Of a DNA stretch of 64,000 nucleotides, positions 46,394 to 61,300 are shown in pieces. The stretch is from the human T2T-CHM13v2.0 reference genome, Homo sapiens: assembly GCF_009914755.1 (NCBI RefSeq), contig NC_060927.1; one strand, written 5' to 3'. Made by a program: the position numbers and the translations under genes. Under the pieces are notes generated by a model. That model saw only the letters and a list, made by a program, of their open reading frames with translations, was not told the origin of the DNA and searched no databases. Each line of letters opens with the position of its first letter. The first letter of the stretch is position 1.

Positions 46394-49300
46394 AAATATA
46401 GATTATTAACTGTACATAAAATATCAAAGAACGCCAAATATATATTATATACTCTACATGAAATATCAACGTTCGCAAACTATATATTATATACTGTAGA
46501 TAAAATATCAAAGTACCCAAGGTATATATTCTATACTGTACAAAATATATCAAAGTATCCAAAGCATGTATTATACACTGTACATAAAATATGAAAGTAC
46601 ATCAAATATGTATATTATTCTGTACCTAAAACATCAAAGTACACCAGATATATATTTTATAGTGTACATAAAATATCAAAGTACCCAAACTATACATTAT
46701 ATACTGTACATAAAATATGAAATTACATCAAATATATATTATATTAGGTACCTAAAATATGAAAGTACATCAAATATAGATTATTAACTGTACATAAAAT
46801 ATCAAAGTACCCCAAATATATATTATATAGTGTACATGAAATATCAAAGTTCACAAACTATATATTATATACTGTACATAAAATATCAAAGTACCCAAGG
46901 TATATATTCTATACTGTGCAAAAAATATCAAAGTACCCAAAGCATGTAATATACTGTACATAAAATATAAAAGTACTTCAAATATATATTTTATTCTGTA
47001 CATAAGATATCAAAGTAAACCGAATATATATTCTATACTGTACATAAAATATCAAAGTACCCAAACTATACATTATATAGTGTACATAAAATATGAAATT
47101 ACATAAAAATATATTATATTAGGTACATAAAATATGAAAGTACATCAAATATAGATTATATACTGTACATAAAATATCAAAGTACCCCAAATATATATTA
47201 TATACTGTACATGAAATATCAAATTTCACAAACTATATTTTATATACTGTACATAAAATATGAATATACCCAAGGTACATATTCTATACTGTACAAAAAA
47301 TATCAAAGTACCCAAACCATGTATTATATACTGTACATAAAATATGAAATTACATCAAATATATATTATATTAGGTACATAAAATATGAAAGTACATCAA
47401 ATATAGATTATATACTGTACATAAAATATCAAAGTACCCCAAATATATATTATATACTCTACATGAAATATCAAAGTTCACAAACTATATATTATGTACT
47501 GTACATAAAATATCAAAGTACCCAAGGTATATATTCTATACTGCACAAAAAATATCAAAGTACCCAAAGCATGTATTATATACTGTATATAAAATATGAA
47601 AGTACATCAAATATATATTTTATTCTGTACATAAAATATCAAAGTACACCAGATATATATTCTATAGTCTACATAAAATAACAAAGTACAAAAACTATAA
47701 ATTATATACTGTACATAAAATATGAAATTACATCAAATATATATTAGGTACATAAAATATGAAAGTACATCAAATATAGATTATACACTGTACATAAAAT
47801 ATCAATGTACCCCAAATATATATTTTATACTTGACATGAAATATCAAAGTTCACAAACCGTATATTATTTACTGTACATAAAATATCAAAGTACCCAAGG
47901 TATATATTCTATACTCTACAAAAAATATCAAAGTACCCAAAGCATGTATTATATACTGTACAGAAAATATGAAACTACATCAAATATATTTTTTATTCTG
48001 TATATAAAATATCAAAGTACGCCAGATATATATTCTATAGTGTACATAAAATATCAAAGTACCCAAACTGTACATTATATACTGTACATAAAATATGAAA
48101 TTACATCAAATATATATTATATTAGGTACATAAAATATGAAAGTACATCAAATATAGATTATATACTGTACATAAAATATCAAAGTACACCAAATATATT
48201 TTATATACTGTACATGAAATATCAAAGTTCACAAACTATATATTATATACTGTACATAAAATATCAAAGTACCCAAGGTATATATTCTATACTGTACAAA
48301 AAATATCAAAGTACCCAAAGCATGTATTATATACTGTACATAAAATATGAAAGTACATCAAATATATATTTTATTCTGTACATAAAATATCAAAGTACAC
48401 CAGATATATATTCTATAGTGTACATAAAATAACAAAGTACACAAACCATAAATTATATACTGTACATAAAATATGACATTACATCAAATATATATTAGGT
48501 ACATAAAATATGAAAGTACATCAAATATAGATTATATACTGTACATAAAATATCAATGTACCCCAAATATATATTTTATACTCTACATGAAATATCAAAG
48601 TTAACAAACTATATATTATATACTGTACATAAAATATCAAAGTACCCAAGGTATATATTCTATACTGTACAAAAAATATCAAAGTACCCAAAGCATGTAT
48701 TATATACTGTACATAAAATATGAAAGTACATCAAATATATATTTTATTCTGTACATAAAATATCAAAGTACACCAGATATATATTCTATAGTGTACATAA
48801 AATATCAAAGTACCCAAACTATACCTTATATACTGTACATAAAATATGAAATTACATCAAATATATATTATATTAGGTACATAAAATATGAAAGTACATC
48901 AAATATAGATTATATACTGTACATAAAATATCAAAGTACCCCAAATATATATTATATACTCTACATGAAATATCAAAGTTCACAAACTATATATTATATA
49001 CTGTACATAAAATATCAAAGTACCCAAGGTATATATTCTATAATATACAAAAAATATCAAAGTACCCAAAGCGTGTATTATATACTGTATATAAAATATG
49101 AAATTACATCAAATATATATTTTATTCTATACATAAAATATCAAAGTACACCAGATATATATTCTACAGTGTACATAAAATATCAAAGTACCCATACTAT
49201 ACATTATATACTGTACATAAAATATGAAATTACATCAAATATATATTATATTAGGTACATAAAATACGAAAGTACATCAAATATAGATTATATACTGTAC

Positions 49301-52300
49301 ATAAAATATCAAAGTACCCCAAATATATATTATACACTCTACATGAAATATCAAAGTTCACAAACTATATAGTATATACTGTACATAAAATATCAAAGTA
49401 ACCAAGGTATATATTCTATACTGTACAAAAAATATCAAAGTACCCAAAGCATGTATTATGTACTGTATATAAAATATGAAAGTACATCAAATATATATTT
49501 TATTCTGTACATAAAATATCAAAGTACACCAGATATATATTCTATAGTGTACATAAAATAACAAAGTACAAAAACTATAAATTATATACTGTACATAAAA
49601 TATGAAATTACATCAAATACATATTAGGTACATAAAATATGAAAGTACATCAAATATAGATTATATACTGTACATAAAATATCAATGTACCCCAAATATA
49701 TATTTTATACTCTACATGAAATATCAAACTTCAGAAACCATATATTGTATACTGTACATAAAATATCAAAATACCCAAGGTATATATTCTATACTGTACA
49801 AAAAATATCAAAGTACCCAAAGCATGTATTATATACTGTACATAAAATATGAAAGTACATCAAATATATATTTTATTCTGTACATAAAATATCAAAGTAC
49901 ACCAGATATATATTCTATAGTGTACATAAAATATCAAAGTACCCAAACTATACATTATATACTGTACATAAAATATGAAATTACATCAAATATGTATTAT
50001 ATTAGGTACACAAAATATGAAAGTACATCAAATATAGATTATATACTCTACATTAAATACCAAAGTACCCCAAATATATATTTTATACTGTACATGAAAT
50101 ATCAAAGTTCACAAACTATATATTATATACTGTACATAAAATATCAAAGTACCCAAGGTATATATTCTATACTGTACAAAAAATATCAAAGTACCCAAAG
50201 CATGTATTATAAACTGTACATAAAATATGAAAGTACATCAACTATATATTTTATTCTGTACATAAAATATCAAAGTATACCAGAGATATATTCTATAGTG
50301 TACATAAAATATCAAAGTACCCAAACTATACATTATATACTGTACATAAAATATGAAATTACATCAAATATATATTATATTAGGTACATAAAATATGAAA
50401 GTACATCAAATATAGATTATATACTGTACATAAAATATCAAAGTACCCAAATATATATTATATACTCTACAGATAATATCAAAGCTCACACACTATATAT
50501 TATATACTGTACATAAAATATCAAAGTACCCAAGGTATATATTCTATACTGTACAAAAAATATCAAAGTACCCAAAGCATGTATTATATACGGTATGTAA
50601 AATATGAAATTACATCAAATATATATTTTATTCTGTACGTAAAATATCAAAGTACACCAGATATATATTCTATAGTGTACATAAAATAACAAAGTACACA
50701 AACTATAAATTATATACTGTACATAAAATACGAAATTACATCAAATATATATTAGGTACATAAAATATGAAAGTAAATGAAATATAGATTATATACTGTA
50801 CATAAAATATCAATGTACCCCAAATATATATTATATACTCTACAGGAAATATCAAAGTTCACAAACCGTATATTATATACTGTACATAAAATATCAAAGT
50901 ACCCAAGGTATATATTCTATACTGTACAAAAAATATCAAAGTACCCAAAGCATGTATTATATACTGTATATAAAATATGATAGTACATCAAATATATATT
51001 TTATTCTGTACATAAAATATCAAAGTACACCAGATATATATTCTATAGTGTACATAAAATAACAAAGTACACAAACTATAAATTATATACTGTACATAAA
51101 ATATGAAATTACATCAAATATATATTAGGTACATAAAATATGAAAGTACATCAAATATAGATTATATACTGTACATAAAATATCAAAGTAACCCAAATAT
51201 ATATTATATACTGTACATGAAATATCAAAGTTCACAAACTATATATTATATACTGTACATAAAATATCAAAGTACCCAAGGTATATATTCTATACTGTAC
51301 AAAAAATATCAAAGTACCCAAAGCATGTATTATATACTGTACATAAAATATGAAAGTACATCAAATATATATTTTATTCTGTACATAAAATATCAAAGTA
51401 CACCAGATATATATTCTATAGTGTACATAAAATATCAAAGTACCCAAACTATACCTTATATACTGTACATAAAATATGAAATTACATCAAATATATATTA
51501 TATTAGGTACATAAAATATGAAAGTACATCAAATATAGATTATATACTGTACATAAAATATCAAAGTACCCCAAATATATATTATATACTCTACATGAAA
51601 TATCAAAGTTCACAAACTATATATTATATACTGTACATAAAATATCAAAGTACCCAAGGTATATATTCTATAATATACAAAAAATATCAAAGTACCCAAA
51701 GCGTGTATTATATACTGTATATAAAATATGAAATTACATCAAATATATATTTTATTCTATACATAAAATATCAAAGTACACCAGATATATATTCTACAGT
51801 GTACATAAAATATCAAAGTACCCATACTATACATTATATACTGTACATAAAATATGAAATTACATCAAATATATATTATATTAGGTACATAAAATACGAA
51901 AGTACATCAAATATAGATTATATACTGTACATAAAATATCAAAGTACCCCAAATATATATTATACACTCTACATGAAATATCAAAGTTCACAAACTATAT
52001 AGTATATACTGTACATAAAATATCAAAGTAACCAAGGTATATATTCTATACTGTACAAAAAATATCAAAGTACCCAAAGCATGTATTATGTACTGTATAT
52101 AAAATATGAAAGTACATCAAATATATATTTTATTCTGTACATAAAATATCAAAGTACACCAGATATATATTCTATAGTGTACATAAAATAACAAAGTACA
52201 AAAACTATAAATTATATACTGTACATAAAATATGAAATTACATCAAATACATATTAGGTACATAAAATATGAAAGTACATCAAATATAGATTATATACTG

Positions 52301-55300
52301 TACATAAAATATCAATGTACCCCAAATATATATTTTATACTCTACATGAAATATCAAACTTCAGAAACCATATATTGTATACTGTACATAAAATATCAAA
52401 ATACCCAAGGTATATATTCTATACTGTACAAAAAATATCAAAGTACCCAAAGCATGTATTATATACTGTACATAAAATATGAAAGTACATCAAATATATA
52501 TTTTATTCTGTACATAAAATATCAAAGTACACCAGATATATATTCTATAGTGTACATAAAATATCAAAGTACCCAAACTATACATTATATACTGTACATA
52601 AAATATGAAATTACATCAAATATGTATTATATTAGGTACACAAAATATGAAAGTACATCAAATATAGATTATATACTCTACATTAAATACCAAAGTACCC
52701 CAAATATATATTTTATACTGTACATGAAATATCAAAGTTCACAAACTATATATTATATACTGTACATAAAATATCAAAGTACCCAAGGTATATATTCTAT
52801 ACTGTACAAAAAATATCAAAGTACCCAAAGCATGTATTATAAACTGTACATAAAATATGAAAGTACATCAACTATATATTTTATTCTGTACATAAAATAT
52901 CAAAGTATACCAGAGATATATTCTATAGTGTACATAAAATATCAAAGTACCCAAACTATACATTATATACTGTACATAAAATATGAAATTACATCAAATA
53001 TATATTATATTAGGTACATAAAATATGAAAGTACATCAAATATAGATTATATACTGTACATAAAATATCAAAGTACCCAAATATATATTATATACTCTAC
53101 AGATAATATCAAAGCTCACACACTATATATTATATACTGTACATAAAATATCAAAGTACCCAAGGTATATATTCTATACTGTACAAAAAATATCAAAGTA
53201 CCCAAAGCATGTATTATATACGGTATGTAAAATATGAAATTACATCAAATATATATTTTATTCTGTACGTAAAATATCAAAGTACACCAGATATATATTC
53301 TATAGTGTACATAAAATAACAAAGTACACAAACTATAAATTATATACTGTACATAAAATACGAAATTACATCAAATATATATTAGGTTCATAAAATATGA
53401 AAGTAAATGAAATATAGATTATATACTGTACATAAAATATCAATGTACCCCAAATATATATTATATACTCTACAGGAAATATCAAAGTTCACAAACCGTA
53501 TATTATATACTGTACATAAAATATCAAAGTACCCAAGGTATATATTCTATACTGTACAAAAAATATCAAAGTACCCAAAGCATGTATTATATACTGTATA
53601 TAAAATATGATAGTACATCAAATATATATTTTATTCTGTACATAAAATATCAAAGTACACCAGATATATATTCTATAGTGTACATAAAATAACAAAGTAC
53701 ACAAACTATAAATTATATACTGTACATAAAATATGAAATTACATCAAATATATATTAGGTACATAAAATATGAAAGTACATCAAATATAGATTATATACT
53801 GTACATAAAATATCAAAGTAACCCAAATATATATTATATACTGTACATGAAATATCAAAGTTCACAAACTATATATTATATACTGTACATAAAATATCAA
53901 AGTACCCAAGGTATATATTCTATACTGTACAAAAAATATCAAAGTACCCAAAGCATGTATTATATACTGTACATAAAATATGAAAGTACATCAAATATAT
54001 ATTTTATTCTGTACATAAAATATCAAAGTACACCAGATATATATTCTATAGTGTACATAAAATATCAAAGTACCCAAAGTATACATTATATACTGTACAT
54101 AAAATATGAAATTACATCAAATAAATATTATATTAGGTACATAAAATATGAAAGTACATCAAATATAGATTATATACTGTACATTAAATACCAAAGTACC
54201 CCAAATATATATTTTATACTGTACATGAAATATCAAAGTTCACAAACTATATATTATATACTGTACATAAAATATCAAAGTACCCAAGGTATATATTCTA
54301 TACTGTACAAAAAATATCAAAGTACCCAAAGCATGTATTATAAACTGTACATAAAATATGAAAGTACATCAACTATATATTTTATTCTGTACATAAAATA
54401 TCAAAGTACACCAGAGATATATTCTATAGTGTACATAAAATATCAAAGTACCCAAACTATACATTATATACTGTACATAAAATATGAAATAACATCAAAT
54501 ATATATTATATTAGGTACATAAAATATGAAAGTACATCAAATATAGATTATATACTGTACATAAAATATCAAAGTACCCAAATATATATTATATGCTCTA
54601 CAGGAAATATCAAAGTTCACACACTATATATTATATACTGTACATAAAATATCAAAGTACCCAAGTATATATTCTATACTGTACAAAAAATATCAAAGTA
54701 CCCAAAGCATGTATTATATACTGTATGTAAAATATGAAATTACATCAAATATATATTTTATTCTGTACATAAAATATCAAAGTACACCAGATATATATTC
54801 TATAGTGTACATAAAATAACAAAGTACACAAACTATAAATTATATACTGTACATAAAATATGAAATTACATCAAATATATATTAGGTACATAAAATATGA
54901 AAGTAAATCAAATATAGATTATATACTGTACATAAAATATCAATGTACCCCAAATATATATTATATACTCTACAGGAAATATCAAAGTTCACAAACCATA
55001 TATTATATACTGTACAAAAAATATCAAAGTACCCAAGGTATATATTCTATACAGTACAAAAAATATCAAAGTACCCAAAGCATGTATTATATACTGTATA
55101 TAAAATATGAAAGTACATCAAATATATATTTTATTCTGTACATAAAATATCAAAGTACACCAGATATATATTCTGTAGTGTACATAAAATAACAAAGTAC
55201 ACAAACTATAAATTATATACTGTACATAAAATATGAAATTACATCAAATATATATTAGGTACATAAAATATGAAAGTACATCAAATATAGATTATATACT

Positions 55301-58300
55301 GTACATAAAATATCAAAGTACCCCAAATATATATTATATACTGTACATGAAATATCAAAGCTCACAAACTATATATTATATAATGTACATAAAATATCAA
55401 AGTACCCAAGGTATATATTCTATACTGTACAAAAAATATCAAAGTACCCAAAGCATGTATTATATACTGTACATAAAATATGAAAGTACATCAAATATAT
55501 ATTTTATTCTGTACATAAAATATCAAAGTACACCAGATATATATTCTAAGGTGTACATAAAATATCAAAGTACCCAAACTATACAATATATACTGTACAT
55601 AAAATATGAAATTATATCAAATATGTATTATATTAAGTACATAAAATATGAAAGTACATCATATATAGATTATATACTGTACATTAAATACCAAAGTACC
55701 CCAAATATATATTTTATACTGTACATGAAATATCAAAGTTCACAAACTATATATTATATACTGTACATAAAATATCAAAGTACCCAAGGTATATATTCTA
55801 TACTGTACAAAAAATATCAAAGTACCCAAAGCATGTATTATATACTGTACATAAAATATGAAAGTACATCAAATATATATTTTATTCTGTACATAAAATA
55901 TCAAAGTACACCAGATATATATTCTATAGTGTACATAAAATATCAAAGTACCCAAACTATACATTATATACTGTACATAAAATATGAAATTACAGCAAAT
56001 ATATATTATATTAGGTACATAAAATATGAAAGTACATCAAATATAGATTATATACTGTACATTAAATACCAAAGTACCCCAAATATATATTTTATACTGT
56101 ACATGAAATATCAAAGTTCACAAACTATATATTATATACTGTACATAAAATATCAAAGTACCCAAGGTATATATTCTATACTGTACAAAAAATATCAAAG
56201 TACCCAAAGCATGTATTATAAACTGTACATAAAATATGAAAGTAGATCAACTATATATTTTATTCTGTACATAAAATATCAAAGTACACCAGAGATATAT
56301 TCTATAGTGTACATAAAATATCAAAGTACCCAAACTATACATTATATACTGTACATAAAATATGAAATAACATCAAATATATATTATATTAGGTACATAA
56401 AATATGAAAGTACATCAAATATAGATTATATACTGTACATAAAATATCAAAGTACCCAAATATATATTATATGCTCTATAGGAAATATCAAAGTTCACAC
56501 ACTATATATTATATACTGTACATAAAATATCAAAGTACCCAAGGTATATATTCTATACTGTACAAAAAATATCAAAGTACCCAAAGCATGTATTATATAC
56601 TGTACATAAAATATGAAAGTACATCAAATATATATTTTATTCTGTACATAAAATATCAAAGTACACCAGATATATATTCTATAGTGTACATAAAATATCA
56701 AAGTACCCAAACTATACATTATATACTGTACATGAAATATGAAATTACATCAAATATATATTGTATTAGGTACATAAAATATGAAAGTACATCAAATATA
56801 GATTATATACTGTACATTAAATACCAAAGTACCCCAAATCTATATTTTATACTGTACATGAAATATCAAAGTTCACAAACTATATATTATATTCTGTACA
56901 TATAATATCAAAGTACCCAAGGTATATATTCTATACTGTACAAAAAATAACAAAGTACCCAAAGCATGTATTATATACTGTACCTAATATATTAAAGTAC
57001 ATCAATTATATATTTTATTCTGTACATAAAATATCAAAGTACACCAGATATATATTCTATAGTGTACATAAAATATCAAAGTACCCAAACTATAAATTAT
57101 ATACTGTACATAAAATATGAAATTACATCAAATATATATTAGGTACATAAAATATGAAAGTACATCAAATATAGATTATATACTGTACATAAAATATCAA
57201 TGTACCCCAAATATATATTTTATACTCGACATGAAATATCAAAGTTCACAAACCATATATTATATACTGTACATAAAATATCAAAGTACCCAAGGTATAT
57301 ATTCTATGCTGTACAAAAAATATGAAAGTACCCAAAGCATGTATTATATACTGTACATAAAATATGAAAGTACATCAAATATATTTTTTATTCTGTATAT
57401 AAAATATCAAAGTACACCAGATATATATTTTATAGTGTACATAAAATATCAAAGTACACAAACTATACATTATATACTGTACATAAAATATGAAATTACA
57501 TCAAATATATATTATATTAGGTACATAAAATATGAAAGTACATCAAATATAGATTACATACTGTACATAAAATATCAAAGTACCCCAAATATATATTATA
57601 TACTCTACATGAAATATCAAGGTTCACAAACTATATATTATATACCGTACATAAAATATCAAAGTACCCAAGGTATATATTCTATACTGTACAAAAAATA
57701 TCAAAGTACCTAAAGCATGTATTATATACTGTATATAAAATATGAAAGTACATAAAATATATGTTTTATTCTGTACATAATATATCAAAGTACACCAGAT
57801 ATATATTCTATAGTGTACATAAAATAACAAAGTACACAAACTATAAATTATATACTGTACATAAAATATGAAATTACATCAAATATATATTAGGTACATA
57901 AAATATGAAAGTACATCAAATATAGATTATATACTGTACATTAAATATCAATGTACCCCAAATATATATTTTATACTCTACATGAAATATCAAAGTTCAG
58001 AATCCATATATTATATACTGTACATAAAATATCAAAGTACCCAAGGTATATATTCTATACTATACAAAAAATATCAAAGTACCCAAAGCATGTATTATAT
58101 ACTGTATATAAAATATGAAAGTACATCAAATATATATTTTATTCTGTACATATAATAACAAAGTACACCAGATATATATTCTATAGTGTTCATAAAATAT
58201 CAAAGTACCCAAAATATACATTATATACTGTACATAAAATATGAAATTACATCAAATATATATTATATTAGGTACATAAAATATGAAAGTACATCAAATA

Positions 58301-61300
58301 TAGATTATATACTGTACATAAAATATCAAAGTACCCCAAATATATATTATATACTCTACATGAAATATGAAAGTTCACAAACTATATATTATATACTGTA
58401 TATAAAATATCAAAGTACCCAAGGCATATATTCTATACTGTACAAAAAATATCAAAGTACCCAAAGCATGTATTATATACTGTATATAAAATATGAAAGT
58501 ACATCAAATATATATTTTATTCTGTACATAAAATATCAAAGTACACCAGATATATATTCTATAGTGTACATAAAATAACAAAGTACAAAAACTATAAATT
58601 ATATACTGTACATAAAATATGAAATTACATCAAATATATATTAGGTACATAAAATATGAAAGTACATCAAATATAGATTATATGCTGTACATAAAATATC
58701 AATGTACCCCAAATATATATTTTATACTCGACATGAAATATCAAAGTTCACAAACCATATATTATTTACTGTACATAAAATATCAAAGTACCCAAGGTAT
58801 ATATTCTATACTGTACAAAAAATATCAAAGTACCCAAAGCATGTATTATATACTGTACATAAAATATGAAACTACATCAAATATATTTTTTATTCTGTAT
58901 ATAAAATATCAAAGTACACCAGATATATATTCTATAGTGTACATAAAATATCAAAGTACCCAAACTATACATTATATACTGTACATAAAATATGAAATTA
59001 CATCAAATATATATTATATTAGGTACATAAAATATGAAAGTACATCAAATATAGATTATATACTGTACATAAAATATCAAAGTACCACAAATATATATTA
59101 TATACTGTACATGAAATATCAAAGTTCACAAACTATATATTATATACTGTACATAAAATATCAAAGTACCCAAGGTATATATTCTATACTGTACAAAAAA
59201 TATCAAAGTACCCAAAGCATGTATTATATACTGTACATAAAATATGAAAGTACATCAAATATATATTTTATTCTGTACATAAAATATCAAAGTACACCAG
59301 ATATATATTCTATAGTGTACATAAAATAACAAAGTACACAAACCATAAATTATATACTGTACATAAAATATGACATTACATCAAATACATATTAGGTACA
59401 TAAAATATGAAAGTTCATCAAATATAGATTATATACTGTACATAAAATATCAATGTACCCCAAATATATATTTTATACTGTACATGAAATATCAAAGTTC
59501 ACAAACTATATATTATATACTGTACATAAAATATCAAAGTACCCAAGGTATATATTCTATACTGTACAAAAGATATCAAAGTACCCAAAGCATGTATTAT
59601 ATACTGTACATTAAATATGAAAGTACATCAAATATATATTTTATTCTGTACATAAAATATCAAAGTACACCAGATATATATTCTATAGTGTACATAAAAT
59701 ATCAAAGTACCCAAACTATTTATTATATACTGTACATAAAATATGAAATTACATCAAATATATATTATATTAGGTACGTAAAATATGAAAGTACATCAAA
59801 TATAGATTATATACTGTACATTAAATACCAAAGTACCCCAAATATATATTTTATACTGTACATGAAATATCAAAGTTCACAAACTATATGTTATATACTG
59901 TACATAAAATATCAAAGTACCCAAGGTATATATTCTATACTGTACAAAAAATATCAAAGTACCAAAAGCATGTATTATATACTGTACCTAAAATATGAAA
60001 GAACATCAAATATATATTTTATTCTGTACATAAAATATCAAAGTACACCAGATATATATTCTATAGTGTATATAAAATAACAAGGTACAAAAACTATAAA
60101 TTATATACTGTACATAAAATATGAAATTACGTCAAATATATATTAGGTACATAAAATATGAAAGTACATCAAATATAGATTATATACTGTACATAAAATA
60201 TCAAAGTACCACAAATATATATTATATACTCTACATGAAATATCAAAGTTCACAAACTATATATTATGTACTGTACATAAAATATCAAAGTACCCAAGGT
60301 ATATATTCTATACTGTACAAAAATTATCAAAGTACCCAAAGCATGTATTATATACTGTACATACAATATGAAAGTACATCAAATATATATTTTATTCTGT
60401 ACATAAAATATCAAAGTACACCAGATATATATTCTATAGTGTACATAAAATAGCAAAGTACACAAACTATAAATTATATACTGTACAAAAAATATGAAAT
60501 TACATCAAATATATATTAGGTACATAAAATATGAAAGTACATCAAATATAGATTATATACTGTACATAAAATATCAATGTACCCCAAATATATATTTTAT
60601 ACTCTACATGAAATATCAAAATTCACAAACCATACATTGTATACTGTACATAAAATATCAAAGTACCCAAGGTATGTATTCTATACTGTACAAAAAATAT
60701 CAAAGTACCCAAAGCATGTATAATATACTGTATATAAAATATGAAAGTACATCAAATATATATTTTATTCTGTACATAAAATATCAAAGTACACCAGATA
60801 TATAATCTCTAGTGTACATAAAATATCAAAGTACCCAAACTATACATTATATACTGTACATAAAATATGAAATTACATCAAATATATATTATATTAGGTA
60901 CATAAAATATGAAAGTACATCAAATATAGATTATATACTGTACATTAAGTACCAAAGTACCCCAAATATATATTTTATACTGTACATGAAATATCAAAGT
61001 TCACAAACTATATATTATATACTGTACATAAAATATCAAAGTACCCAAGGCATATATTCTATACTGTACAAAAAATATCAAAGTACCCAAAGCATGTATT
61101 ATATACTGTATATAAAATATGAAAGTACATCAAATATATATTTTATTCTGTACATAAAATATCAAAGTACACCAGATATATATTCTATAGTGTACATAAA
61201 ATAACAAAGTACACAAACTATAAATTATATACTGTACATAAAATATGAAATTACATCAAATATATATTAGGTACATAAAATATGAAAGTACATCAAATAT

